NCBI RefSeq assembly: GCF_009914755.1
Contig: NC_060934.1
Direction: 5' to 3' (one strand)
DNA from: the human T2T-CHM13v2.0 reference genome, Homo sapiens
Length of the DNA stretch: 64,000 nucleotides
The notes under the pieces are model-generated. The model was not told where the DNA came from and did not search any database. It saw nothing but the letters and a program-made list of their open reading frames with translations. Shown piece by piece: positions 43,095-57,350 of this stretch. Every line of letters starts with the position of its first letter. Position 1 is the stretch's first letter. The translations under genes and the position numbers were made by a program.

Positions 43095-44704
43095 TTCCCT
43101 TATGATTTAGCTCCTTAAAATTTCTAATGTCTAGGAGTTACAATGGCCTATCATTTTCTGTGACATACAAGCATCTAACTTTTTACGTAATTATTTCAAC
43201 ATTCTCATTCCCTAGTCCACAAGCTCTGTATTAACCAAAAGGGTCACTGCAACATAGTTCATCTACTTTTTTTTTATTCTATGAAGGAGAAAATACTGCT
43301 ATTCTAAATCATCAATACAGTCTTGCCATGCCATAAAACCGTCCAACACTTGCTACCTATTCTATTCCTATATGATGTGTGTCTTTTACCCATTCAAGGC
43401 AATCTACTGAGCCTTCCTTTGAGGAGGGAGTCTTGCCTTTCCCATTAGAACATAAACCACTAGAGAAAAATGACCCTAGGAGACTATCTAATGTGGCTGA
43501 TGAATGAGTAAAGTATTGATGCAGGACACAGGCCTGTTTTAGAAAGACTGAGGCTTGGTTATTTGGATAATGACAGGCAGGTCTTTTGGCTCTGATGGTT
43601 ATGGGAGTGCAGTGCTGGTGTTATTGACTCTATATCCCCTCTCAGCCATAGACAATTCTATAATAGTGGAATTGCCATCTTCTTACAAACTGCCTGTTCT
43701 GCTCAGAATAACAGTAAATAGATAAATAAGATCTGGATGTCTACATATATGGGGTCTATTTTTACCATATAATGGTTTCTGACCTCCAAATCTTTAAAAC
43801 AAAGAGAAGAATAATGTCAGTGTTACACAGAAATGATGGGACTAGGAGCAAGAAGTTTGCAGGCAGATTCCAGGCATGCCACACTGCCCCATGTTCTAGC
43901 CAGTGCCTCCTGATGGAGATGCAATATTGTTGCCTGTAGAGGTTGGATATCACTGGAATGGTAGGACTATCTCACAAGGGAGACTCGTAGCTCATACTAA
44001 ACTAAATAGATTCCTATCTCCCAGCCATGATTTATATTCCAGGAGTAACCTATCATTCGTATTCTCATTCTCCAAGCTGGTAAAATCACTGTCAGCTCAA
44101 ATCCTAGGGAATGTTTCTCTGTACAACAGGCAGACATTTAAACCAAGCTGTTTCTTCAATAACAGATGCAGGCAACAGTGCAATGGAATCTGGAAGCACA
44201 GACATGCAGCACAGAAGGTGATGTGAATCTGTCCTGTCTGCAAGATCCAGATTGTGTCACTGGTGTTTGAATGAATTTGTGTGTATGTAGCAGTCAGCCA
44301 ACATACTCTCCGCAGTGACGTCTGTAGGGAAATACAAGACTTGTTTGTGTCTGTGGGGTAGCATAGACTACCGCTGCTGTTTGATTGAGGGACATTCAGG
44401 GAGACTTTATGTGTTTCCACTGAATATTTTTTTTAAGGAGCTGGAGGTTGAAAAGCTATGACAACAACAACAAAAAAATTGCTAATAAGATTCCATTTGA
44501 AGCTGAGTCATTATTTCTGCCAATCATTCACTCCCTTCTAAGTAAAATAAACTTCCAGACATGGAATCATGTAATCTGGAGTTGGAAAGGAACTTCGATG
44601 TCATCAAGAATTATTTCTCACTAATTGGAAGAATCACAGAAAATCTGAACATATAATTATCTTTCTCAATCTCTCCTCTCTTTTTATTTTCCTGCTTAGT
44701 TTCC

Positions 44705-44747
<43 letters not shown>

Positions 44748-44750
44748 ACA
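44705..44750. repeat. (CT)n(CA)n microsatellite
   Basis: Direct reading. Confidence 0.95.
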
Positions 44751-45839
44751 TTTCTCTGCCCCTCTGTAATGTGTTTCACTAACTGTTTCTACTTTAACCA
44801 GCTTAAATAACAAAAAGAAACATTTTGCTCTTTTTTTGCATTTAATAGTTCTTCAAATATCATGGCATTTGGATTTATTTTCTTCTGGCTAAAATACTTC
44901 CCTTTATAGCTTGGTTTCATGACTTTGCCATCTCAATCAGTTTTCTCTAGATACACCCTAGTGAGAGAAGGACATCTTTATTTAATGGATGTTATTTTAA
45001 GATATTTAGAGATTTAACACAAAAATTGTATTGATACTAAAAGTGACTATCAGTTACAACTACCCTATTAAATCAAACTGAGATTCTGTAGGTCTTCAGT
45101 CATGTCTGAACTCAAACTCGGTTCCTCCTCTTGTATCTCATGAAGCATGAAGGACTCATCTATTTGTGACACCTGGTAGTCCAGGTAGAGAGATACCTTC
45201 TTGGTCTTCAACTTAGAATCTGTCTATGATGACCAGGCCATAGTTTCATGCTAGTGGTCCCTTATCAATGCTAATGTTGAGAATGTTAATAGTGTTAGCC
45301 ATTTCCTTTAGGTACTGCATAACATGGAAGATGAGCGAGACACAATCGTGCTTCAAATAACTTACCATTTATTTTAGACGGAAGGCAAAGAAATAAACAG
45401 AGTACATAGTTGTAATAAGGCAAAATCAAAAGCTGCAAACCATGGAATTATCTTAAATGTTTTACTTTTTTTTCAGAGTTTGTTTTTGAGTATATATTAT
45501 AGTCCATATCTGCTGTTTATCTCTCACAAGGGTACAAAATGCTCTTTAAAACCATTTACACCTAAAAATACATTTCAGATGTATCACTGTCATGGAGTTA
45601 GTCTATTGGTATGATAAATACTTCAGTTGACTTTGCATGGGTAGGAAAAGAGCTAATTGTCAAAAAGCAAATCACCAGGCAATGGAATTTTACTCCCTGA
45701 AACACAAGATCCTTAAAATTATGCTGTTTGAGAGGAATTCCTCCTCAAACATATTCTATATTCATCTGACTTCATAAATAGATGAACTGAGCATAATTTA
45801 ACCTTTCGTTGATGACTCATTGTCAACATTCTCATACAT

Positions 45840-46127
45840 TTTTTAGAGATGGAGTCTCATTTTGTCACCCAGGCTGGAGTGCAGCAGTATGATCATGGCT
45901 CACCACAGCCTCGAACCCTGGGCTCAAGCAATCCTCCTGCCTCAGCCTCCTGAGTAGCTGGGACTACAGGGGTAGGCCACCATGCCAGGCTAATTTTTGT
46001 ATTTTTTTTGTAGAGACAGAGTTTTGCTACATTGCTCAGGCTGATCTCTCCTCTTGGGCTCAAGTGATCTGCCAGCCTTGGCCTCCTGAAGTGCTGGGAT
46101 TATAGGCATGAGCCACCATGCCCGGCC
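45840..46127 (-). mobile_element. AluJ-type
   Basis: Antisense dimer; TSD tcaacattct. Confidence 0.87.
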
Positions 46128-46783
46128 CAATATCAACATTCTGAACATCAGCCTTTGTACTGAGTGATAATACAGCAACGCTGTCAAGGCCCACTGGGGT
46201 AAGTGTAACTGTCCGTGTTATACTTGGGCTTATGCTTTTCAGGGGTTCAGCTTTTGGCTTTATATTGTGACCTCAAGTTTACTGATTCAGTACAGTTTAA
46301 TGTTCGATATTCTCAGCCCCCTCTTCTGAAATGAGATACCTCTGCGTCTTCTCAAAACAATGTTTATGGATGCTGACATGGCCAAGAACTCTCCTTCATA
46401 AGGAGAAGAGTTATATGATAGTTCTTAGCAAATCATCTCCAAATTTTATATCACATTCAAACTAACATCAAGGGACTCTGGATTCCGGGAAAAATATCTG
46501 GTAGGGAAAGAATATTTTAAAAGGATAGCATGAAGTCTGAGAAGTGCCTATGGACTGGAATATTGTCCCTATGTTTCTAAATCCCCCAACCCCCACCTCA
46601 CACTAGTTGCAGTCCACAGGCTTGCTGTGTACAGCCCAGCAAACCACAGTGTTATTTTTCTTTCCTTACCCATGATTCTGCTATTCAAAGACTTTTACCC
46701 TTAACGTGGGATTTCTGCTATTTGAGTGATTAAACCAGACAACATTTGGCTGCTAGACACAAGATGGGGTTTTGTTTTATATT

Positions 46784-46892
46784 AAAGACTACAGCACCTG
46801 TTAGTTGGTCTCCCATCCAAGTACTAAGCAGGCCAGACCCTGCTTAGCTTCCAAGATCAGACAAGGTTAGACACGTTCATATGGCCACAGAC
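46784..46892 (-). pseudogene. 5S rRNA retropseudogene
   Basis: GGTCTCCCATCCAAGTACTAAGCAGGCCAGACCCTGCTTAGCTTCCAAGATCAGAC is the 5S reverse complement with CpG decay and two short deletions; decayed T tract upstream. Confidence 0.92.
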
Positions 46893-47620
46893 AAAAGATA
46901 GGTTATTATCATTAACACAGAAGAAGTCTTAGGATTTGAAGTACTATTGCATGAGAAAAGTAGTATTTTTTAAAATTTATGCCTTGTTTTTTAATAATAT
47001 AGATGTTAGAATGTCAAATATGACCATCTATAGTCATTCAATTCAGCATGTATGCATTAAGGGTTTGTTATATGCCAGGTACTTGGACACACAGGTGAAT
47101 GGATAACAGCGTCTGCCCTCCAGGGGCTAATAGATTGGAAAGGAGACCAAACATATAAAGCAGCAACTACAATTCAGTGTGTTAAGTCCTATATTAGACA
47201 TCGAAATTGAGCTAGGAAAGCATAGAGAAAAGAAAAATCAAATAGAGAAAGTGTGAAGTAGGGTTAATTTACTTAAGGGATGGAATGAAATTTAAAGAAG
47301 GAAGATGGGATTTAAGGTTGGTCTCAAAAGATGTGTAAACATGGAGAGAAGGACAATGCGATGTTGATGAAAGTGGCCACATAAAGCCCAGTTTTGATGG
47401 GCTCATAACATGTTTGGAGTGGGGTTTAGAGACTGAGTGGCAGAGACTGAATTAGGGTTAAATCGGATGCCATGATTTGAAGAATTTGGGGGACGATTTT
47501 ATATTTTAAATTAGGAGAATAGACAAGATTTTTTTTAATTAAGAAAAAAAGTGAAAGCAGTATGAAAATGGCCTGGAAATGCAGAAACTAGAAATGGAGA
47601 GACCAATTAAGAGTTAGCTG

Positions 47621-47916
47621 GGGCCAAGCTCAGTGGCTCATGCCTGCAATCCCAGCTCTTTGGGAGGCCAAGGTGGGAGGATCGCTTGAGCCCAGGAGTT
47701 TGAGATCAGCCTGAGCAACATGGCAAGACCTTATCTCCACAAAAAACCTTTTAACAAAATTAACTGGGCATGGTGGTGCATGCCTGTATTCCCAGCTACT
47801 CAGGAGGCTGAGGCAGGAGGATCTCTTGAGTCTAAGAGTTCAAGGCTACAGTGAGTTATAATCACACCACTACACTCCAGCCTGGGCAACAAAGTAAGAC
47901 TGTCTCAAAAAAAAAA
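47621..47916 (+). mobile_element. AluJ-type within L2-like sequence
   Basis: Alu dimer with A tail. Confidence 0.87.
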
Positions 47917-50900
47917 GAGAAGTTTGCTGCACTAGTTCAAGCAATGGATGGGGAGGGCCTGATACGCAGTAGTGTTAGGCCTACAGAGGTGCAAATGTAC
48001 TCCGGGTAGCAAACAAAAGTAGAATTGGATTTGGCTTGGAAGTGAAGGAGAAGATAAATTTTAGGATAACCACAGTGTTCTGGTTTATGAAACTTACTAG
48101 ATTAAACCACAAGTTGGAAAGGGAAAATGTGGAGCTTAGTATTCTGATAAGATACCTTTGAAATGCCTGTAGGGCATGTAGGCTGCCAGTTCTAATTGTC
48201 ACTTGGACATATGGGTAGTCTGGGGAGAAAGGTGTGACTGATCACATGCATCAGGTCAAATAGGGAAAGATTACAGTGGATGACAGGGAGTACATCTGTA
48301 CTGGAACTCAGTGTAGGTCTGATGTGTGTTTGTTAGTGGTCATATTTTCCCAACCCCATAATCAGTATACTTATTCCAGTAAGCGTGTATGTACTTCCAA
48401 GTAGAAATGGAACAAATTCCTTTAAGTCAGGACTGTCCCAGAAAATATGAGTCATATGGTTGGTTTTTAAGTGAATAAACAAAATGGTCAAAATTGCTAG
48501 AGAAACAATGCAGTTGAAATTGCACTGGGTTGCAAAGGAGACTACTGAATTGTTCATGACTCCTTTTGCACATGAATGAATGGACAGTGATATACATTTA
48601 TTTCCATAGTGTCTGCATTTACTTCATTTCATCTTTTGTAAGTTGGAGGTTCTGCATAGGATAGGAGCACAGCTGACCCAGCCTTTCCTACCTGTAATGG
48701 CCACTGTAGCTGCCATTCTGATTCCCCAGCTGATTGTTTTGGCTCCTGTATTTGGACTGCCCAGCCAAGTGACCACCTTGCACTACTGTGACCTAGTTTC
48801 CCGGTACAGCTCGCTCTTCAACATTTTTTAAACTTCACTTTTTTCTTTTTTACAACTTCTCCAGCTCTATTTATTGAAAGAAAACCTTCTGCTTTCTCAC
48901 TATTTTCCTTTTGGCTTTGGGCTTTTTAGTTCTTATAAAGTCCAATCTAGCTTTTATTGGGCAGAAAATCATGTACAACAAACAGTTGGCCACCTCTTCC
49001 TTCCTTCTCAGAAAGGACCAAGGGTTTGGGGACTCATGCTGTTGCAGCAAAATATTCACAGAATCTGCTGTCAAGAGCACTTGGTTCGACTGTATCACTG
49101 GTATCTTCAAAGGAGGATGGTTTGAGAAATGAAAACGTGAGGCATAGTTTGGTAAAGCCACAAAAACAGAGCCCACACCTGCAAATAACCTCCTCTGGCC
49201 TTTTCTGAGCTTGTAGTCACTCACTACAAGCTTTGTCAGATGAAAGAATTCACATGGGAGGAAATGCTAACAGTATTGTTCTTGCTTTTTTTTTTTTTTT
49301 TTTGCATGCAAAGTATCTCTGTGTTCATCAGATTTTCTAAGGCAGGGTGTTCTTTTTCACAAAATGAAAATGTCAGAAATATGATAGCCATGTTCATATG
49401 TTTAAGAGAAATTGTCACAAATGTAAGGAGGAAATTAGCATTCTAGTCACGGACTGCAAGCAGTTTATTCTGGAGTTCATTCCGAGGAGGTAATGACTAA
49501 GAAAATGACAAAGAAAACTGTTACTGACCATTAGTGAGCAATCACTCTGTCATATTACTGAGATAATTTAGATAAATGCGGGGTTTCGCTGTCTCCTAGG
49601 GAGATGGGCTGCTGACGTCTTTGATAATGGCAGCCTACTTGAAGGTTGCTTTTGACAAATGTATTTTTTCATCCTGCAGATGTAAAAGAGGCATGTCTGT
49701 GCCTGGCTGTTGGACGTAGTAATAGCTCCTTTTAGAAGTTTAAAAAAATCTGTCACTTCCCTGTGTTTGGTGCCCAGGGACACATGCTGAAATGCCCCCA
49801 AGAAGACTTTTCAGCCACTGTGAAAAGCAGTGTTTGGAAACATAAGGTATTTAATAAATGAATGTGGATCATACCATATTTTTGTCCAATTGACTTCTAT
49901 TCTTTTAGCAGCTGCTAATTATACACTGTTGTTATTTGGAGGCCGGTAACAGATTTCTCTGTTCCATCTGGGTAATCCGGCTTTTTGAGAATGGACTTTT
50001 CCTCACCCTAACATGAGTAGAATTTTGGCTGCCACATTTTGAAGGCAGTGATGAAATAAAGTCACAATGAGTAGGCAGACAGCAGTTTTCAAGGAAGAAG
50101 ATGAGATTTACCTAGTGATGTTCACAAAATATTTTATTTTATCTTTGATATCATAGCACAGTAAATGCCATCTAAGTCATTTAATGCCAGGAGAAATATA
50201 GGAGTGCCTATATACATTTGCAGAATGAATAATAGATATGTACATTCTAAGAATATTTTATTTAGAGAAAGTATTGAGCAAATCAGCCACAAACTCCATC
50301 CTATTTATTCAGCAGTTACAGGAGCTGCATTGGGGCATAGGATCCAGCATTTCTATTCCAATGGAGTAGGGGAGAGCAGGGTAGCTGTGTGTCACAGCCT
50401 TGAAGCCAGACTGCAGGGGCTCAAAGCCAGCTATTGCCATGCACCAGTTGTTAGAATAGGAAAGTTTCCTCAGATTTCTAAAATTGGGTTTCTCTCTATG
50501 TAAAAGGGGGTGAATATAACATCTAAATGTCAGGATTGTGAGAACGGCATAAGATCAAGAATATAAAGCTGTGATGACAATGATTTAAAAGACGCATACC
50601 CCACTTTGAAATGATCAAAGATGATTTTACTTACTACGATGCAACATCTTTGAGGGTAGCAGGCAGGTTTCCTCTTACTTGTTGTCCAAAAAGACAGGAA
50701 AGCAGAGTGCTACATAGAAATTCCAGTTATTAGCCCTCCTTCTCTTTATCAACTATTTTGCTTTTTCCTTTACCTTTGCGCATGCAGCATTGTTCCTGGG
50801 GCGTCAGGAGGGTTTTTATGTTTTATCCTTATGTTTTATGTTTTATCCTTCACATTTTAATGTGGCTAATTTAAATGCTTGTTCAGGTGAGTGGCTGCCT

Positions 50901-51699
50901 CATTTCTACAGATTGGGCAAGGAGGCCTGTGCCCCAAAGTGGAGTTTGTTGCTGAGCAGAGAGGACACTGCAGAGCCAGTCATGCATTTAGGGACATCCA
51001 GTTCACCGTGCAAGTGGGCTCAGTCACCATCAAAGAGAAGTACATTTTCATAGACTCCCATATCCCCACTCTTAAAAACTACTCTTCGAAACTCTAAGCA
51101 AAATAAAGTGAAGGAAATTCCTACAGGCTGACATGTTGTAAGCAGAGGCTTCATTTACATTGAAAATATTCTAAAATCTCTGACTACATCATTCCTTTTA
51201 GGCATGCTATCTCATGGTAGTGTTTGAGGATTTCATGCATATTTTTGAGATTTTATTGTTTTTAATCAAAATAGAGGATCTATTAGTTTTAGTTCAATGA
51301 GCTAAAGATTTTTACCTTCAAAGCATCTAATGCAGAATTGGCCAATCTCAGAGGCACATTAAAATCACCTAGAAAGTCTTTTTCTTTGCTCTATTTGTTT
51401 TGGTTTTATTTTAAATGTAGATTCCCAGGCTGTTGCCTGGGCCATTTAAATCCAAATCACTGGGCATGGGTGCTGGCATTCATAGGCTGTAAAAGCTCCC
51501 CATAGGCTTCTAATTTATGACCAGGGTTAAGAATCACAGATATAACGATTTCCAGCTTTGTCTCAATTGCATTAGGGCCAGCACCTAATTTTTATGAAAA
51601 AAATGATATCACAATTAAAAAAAAAATTCATTGCAAAGCATTCCTTACAGATAGCAGCACTGCTGAAATGAAACTGTTGACCTGAACAGTAATCACCTA

Positions 51700-52306
51700 A
51701 AATTCTGCTCTCTCAACTGATGTATGAAAGTCTTAATTCAATATACAAAGCCCTCAAAACCCCAATGTCTCCCATCTCGTACAGGGTAAAAGCCAAGACT
51801 CCTACAATGGCCCACAGTAACTACAACCTCCTCCCTTTATCGCTCTGATGTCAGCTCCTCTCCTCTCTACCTTGTTTGCCTCTGCTACAGCCAACCCACC
51901 TCCCTCCTCTCGCCAGCCTGCCAGATGCGCTCCTGCCTCTGACGTTTGTATTACAACCATCCCCTCCTCCTGGAATGCGCTGCCTTAGACACCTAACTGG
52001 CTAAGGCCCTCGTGCTCTTCCAGTCTTTTCTTCAAGTGGCACCGTTGAAATAAAACCTGACTGCCTATTTAAAACTTGAAACCCACATTCTACTTGCCTC
52101 CGTGGCATTCTTGATGCCTATCTTTCTATTTCATTTTTTTTTCCTATAGCATTTCTCAGCTTTGAACACACTGTAGAATTTACCCCATTATCATGTTTAT
52201 GATTAATTGCTTCAGAATGTATATTCCACAAAGACAAGGATCTTTGTCTGTTCCACCGATATATCCCAACTGTCTGGAAAAGCACCTGCTACATGTACCC
52301 AATTAG
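51700..52306 (+). mobile_element. L2 3' fragment
   Basis: CTCCTGCCTC...CCCTCCTCCTGGAATGC motifs; ends in TGAATGAATGAA after the U6 insertion. Confidence 0.65.
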
Positions 52307-52337
52307 TGCATCATTATTGGTTTATTTTTTACTTTTT

Positions 52338-52401
52338 AGGGGTCATGCTCATCTTCTCCGTATTGTTCCCATTTTAGTATATGTGCTGCCAAGGCAAGCA
52401 C
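52338..52401 (-). pseudogene. 3'-truncated U6 snRNA retropseudogene (nt ~1-64)
   Basis: Minus: GTGCTTGCCTTGGCAGCACATATACTAAAATGGGAACAATACGGAGAAGATGAGCATGACCCCT plus A-rich tail; TSD tgcatcatt (52307-52315 / 52402-52410). Confidence 0.92.
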
Positions 52402-52624
52402 TGCATCATTGCTGCATGAATGAATGAAATGCCTGTCTGGACTTCCAATACTCAAGTCCTGCTGGATTCCCTGGATAAGGCCCAGGGCCTGCCCTGTAAT
52501 TATTTTAGCATTCCAGACTTCTGCTTTCTAGCCTAGTAGCTACCTATTGTCTAGGCCTGGTAGGGAAAAGTTAAGGACGAATCCTAGCCCACAGCCACTG
52601 TAATTGTTTTTATTTTGAATGGGA

Positions 52625-52962
52625 AATTATTTATTTATTTATTAAATTTTATACTTCCACAGGTTTTTAGGGAACAGGTGGTGTTTGGTTACATGAATTA
52701 ATTCTTCAGTGGTGATTTGTGAGATTTTGGTGCACACATCTCTCAAGCAGTATACATTGAACCCAATTTGTGGTCTTTTATCCCTCACCCCCTTCCCACT
52801 CTTTGTCCCCGAGTCCCCACAGTCCAGTGTGTCATTCTTATGCCTTTGCATTCTCACAGCTTAGCTCCTGCTTATGAAAGAAAACATATGATATTTGGTT
52901 TTCCATTCCTGAGTTACTTCACTGAGAATAATAGTCTCCAATCCCATCCAGGTTGCTGCGAA
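52625..52962 (-). mobile_element. L1PB-type 3' end
   Basis: Antisense L1 3'UTR (TTTGGTTACATGAAT, TTTCCATTCCTGAGTTACTTCACT). Confidence 0.8.
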
Positions 52963-54438
52963 CACAGCCACTCTAATTCTGCTTTTGCTGTTTTATTGCT
53001 GACGTACAGATTGAGGAAAATCTAAATTGAACTACTCCCTACAGAAGCAAAGTTTTAGCTCTATGACTTTGGAAGGTATTCCATGATATCCCCTTGGCTT
53101 AATTATAGTCTGTTTTATATCTTAGATCTTGTTCTTTGAGGGAGAGAGAAGCTTTCCTTAAACAGAAATCTTTTAACTCTTAGTAGGGACAGTAGAACTA
53201 ATGACTGATGAGTGGAACCATTAGTAGGGAAGTAGATTCAATTCAACATTATTTACTGGGCAAAATTCCTATCAGAAGATTTATTTCTTAGCCTGATTTC
53301 AATCCAAATGAAAAAATGTTACGGAGGTAGAGAAATCTAAGTATTCAACCTAATTTCCTATAATTGAATTAATGGCTTTTGCCTCACCTCCTGCATCTGA
53401 CTCACATTCGTCTCGAGAACGTTGCTCCACAGAAACCCCTGGTTCAAAGCAGCAAAATCTGTCCTCTCAGGAAAACAAAGGCTTGAGCTTTTTGTTTTGT
53501 TTATTTTTTTCATTTTTCCATCATCAGGATGAGAGCTCATCTTCAGGAAATACAATGATGTCAGAAACTCGAATTGGCTCTTAGCGGGGTTTTCCAATTT
53601 CAATATGTGGTTTTAGGAGGAAAAAGCTGTCCTATCAGCCCATCTTAGCAATCTGAGTAATAGAGGGGAAAATTGCAGTGAAAGATATGTAGCTTTGAGT
53701 ACACACATTCTTTTTGCTCCCCAGGTTTGACACATTATGGAATAACCTTTTAGAGAAATTACAAAGCTTTCATCTTGCCCCTTCCTACTTATATGTGGAT
53801 AGCTGGGGAGAGAAGAAAATTATGTGCAGTTACAAAGCATTGACTTTTTAGTTTGCAGGGTTTTTTCCCCTTTGATATAGCTGTATTTGCCCATTTCTTT
53901 CATCCTTCATGTAATTTGATGGAAGTGGCCATTCGGGGCATGGCAGGGAAGGATGAAGAGAAAGAAAACACTCTTTTTATTAAGGCGATGAGAATTGAAA
54001 CTGAAACAGGAAGATGAGCTAGCATTATCCGAACAATGGCCCCTGGAAGGTTCTGGTTCCTGCTTAACTCAGAACAGCCGAGTGGGCAGAAATAATAAGG
54101 AGGCAGAGGTCATACGGCATTTCTCTCAAACTCTGGCACAGAAGTGAGCAATGAGTGCCTTCAGCTGTTGCCTCAGCATGAGGGGAGGCGAGAACCGACT
54201 ATTCAGATTGCCAAGTGAACCTGAAATTTGTAAATTAATACGTGCAGATGGGAGGAAGTAATTGGGACCAGCTCTTCCTGTGCATCAAGGGGCATCTGGA
54301 AGTCTTTCCAGTTCTGGGGCAGTTATGCAATGGGGGTGAGGCTGAGTTTGGGTGTTATCTTACTTCCCCTTTCGGAGCCCCCAGCCTCATCATTAGGGCT
54401 GCTCATTTTGTGCCAGGCTGTGACCTTTATTGCGTTGA

Positions 54439-54903
<465 letters not shown>

Positions 54904-55069
54904 TGAACCACTGCAGGGCATAGTGAGGATGTTGTGGGTGAAGAAGGCCTGTATGATGCCTCTCGGGTCACTACAGTAGGCTGTGGCTTCTTTGTGCTAC
55001 CCCTGGAGCCATAAACAAAGCTCCAAGTGAGTCTGTTACTACACAAAGTTTCCCATCACGTTTCATTTT

Positions 55070-56726
55070 AAATTTTATTTCTATTTTTTAGAGACAGGGG
55101 TCTTGCTCTGTCACCCAGGCTGGTGATCACTGCAGCCTCAAGTTCCTAGGCTCCGGTGATCCTCCCACCTCAGCCTCCTGAGTAGCTGGGACTACAGGTG
55201 AACGCCACCAGGCCAGGCTAATTTTTTAAACATTTTTTGTAGAGGCGGAGTCTCGCTCTGTTGCCCAAGCTGTCCCATCATACTTCAAATCTGTATTGGT
55301 GCTTTCTATTTCCATTTACTACCCCAGTATCTAATCAAATCACCTTAACCCCAGGCACTGACACCCCACAATGATGGATTCTGGGACAACAGACAAAACT
55401 ATTGCAAAAGTTATTAACTCAAAGTGATAGGAAAATTAGGTCCCTGGATGGTCTCACAACTTCAGGTGAGGAAGGTTTCTAGAGCTGCTTTGTCTCTGGA
55501 GAATGAGATACAACAATAAAAAGATACTCACATCATATAGCACTTATTGTAGGAAGGAAATAATGAAGGGCTAATCCAGTGCTATAGATTGTGAGTTGAG
55601 AAAATGAGGCTTGGAAAAACAAAATAACTTTCCCAGCCACTCAGGCCTTGTGTATTAGAGTCAGGTGGGAGCCCAGATCCCTGAACCCTCTGTTCTGTTT
55701 TCTTTTCAATGAATCATGAGAACCTTTAACATGTACTATCTTTTTAGAGAACCAACATATTTTTTATTCATTTATTTTTTTGAGATGGTGTCTTGCTCTG
55801 TTGCCCAGGCTGGAGTGCAGTGGCAACACCTCGGCTCACTGAAACCTCCACCTCCTGAGTTTGAGCGATTCTCGTGCCTCAGCCTCCTGAGAAGCTGGGA
55901 CTACAGACATGCACCACCATGCCTGGCTAATTTTTGTATTTTCAGTAGAGACGGGGTTTCTCCATGTTGGCCAGGCTGGTCTCAAACTCCTGACCCCAGG
56001 TGATCTGCCCACCTCGGCCTCCCAAAGTGCTAGGATTATAGGCGTGAGCCACCATGCCCAGCCAAGAACCAACTTTATCATCATGCACTGGGGGCTCTCA
56101 GCTTGAGTATGAGCTGTGCTCACTGCTGAGAGACTCACAAACCTGGCCATGTCCCTAGGGTTGGTAACATGAGCCAGCCAAGAATTTCTTTGAACAAAGA
56201 ATCTCAAATTTTGCAAAATAACTCATCCTAAGCAGGAGTGAATTAAGGCTCCGCAATAGGGCTAATAAGAATGTCTTATGTTCAAAGGAGAAAGGCGATT
56301 TTTCGTCAGTCAGCATTCATCTTTCAATTCAATCTTTATTGATTCATTCTTGAGTTGAGGGAGGCAACTGTATTCTCATAAGAATTTACTTAGGAGCAAA
56401 AATCAGGGAATAGATGTCTCCCCGCCTTAACCCAGGGTGTCACTGGAGTGATATAAGCCAAAGGTTATGGGTAGGAGGTAGCACTACCCCATTTTCTGTT
56501 TCTTACTCAGTCTATATGAACACCACCACTTGAAGTTGTGCAGTGCACAACCTGTGCAGCCAGGTGCAGAGGTCTTTGTTTGGAGTATACTAAAAAAAAG
56601 TTTTTTTTTTAGAGACGGGGTTTTGTTATGTTACCCAGGCTGTTCTCGGACTCCTGGCCTAAAGCTATCCTCCTGCCTCAGCCTCCCAAAGTGTTGGGAT
56701 TACAGGTGTGATCCACTGTGCCTGGC
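55070..56726 (-). mobile_element. Antisense Alu cluster (partial J ~55070-55272; S ~55760-56063; monomer ~56600-56726)
   Basis: Alu consensus motifs. Confidence 0.85.
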
Positions 56727-56959
56727 TAGGATATAAAGTTATTCTCACTGGTGAACTAGGAGACATTAACGGATGGGAAAAGGATAAAACTTGACTCAGT
56801 CATTAATAGCTGAGAAACCTTAAGTACATTATATCAACTTTCTGGGGCTCAGTTTTCTCACCTATAAAATGGATGTCTTAAATGAAGTCATACATTCTCA
56901 GTAGTTAAAATTATATGACTGGTTGCACCAATCCACACCTTTTGCTATTGTAGAGGGAG

Positions 56960-57350
56960 TGTATTAGTCCATTCTCGCACTGCTATAAAGAAATACCTAA
57001 GACTGGGTCATTTATAAAGAAAAGAGGTTTAATTGGCTCACAGTTCTGCAGGCTGTACAGGCATGGCACTGGCATCTGCTCAGCTTCTGGTTAGGGCTCA
57101 GGAAGCTTTTACTCATGGTGGAAGGCAAACCCGGAGCTTGCATGTCACATGGTGAAAGCAAGAGCAAGAGAGAGAGAATGGAGAGCCGGGGTCACCCACT
57201 TTTAAATGACCAGATCGTGCAAGAACTCCCCCTACTGTGAAGACAGAACCAAGTCATGAGGAATCTGCCCCCAGGACCCAAATACCTCCAGCATTGGGAA
57301 CTACAATTCAGCATGAGATTTGGGCAGGGACAAATATCTAATCTGTATCA
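56960..57350 (-). mobile_element. MaLR solo LTR (MST-type)
   Basis: TGTATTAGTCC...GTATCA; exact 5-bp TSD GGGAG. Confidence 0.88.

Noticed and set aside
43762-44420. Overlapping ~107-aa ORFs on both strands
   Set aside because: No recognisable domain; lengths are compatible with chance
48643-49446. Cluster of overlapping 60-117 aa ORFs in non-repeat sequence
   Set aside because: No recognisable protein similarity or convincing exon structure; could be non-coding or lncRNA but is unsupported
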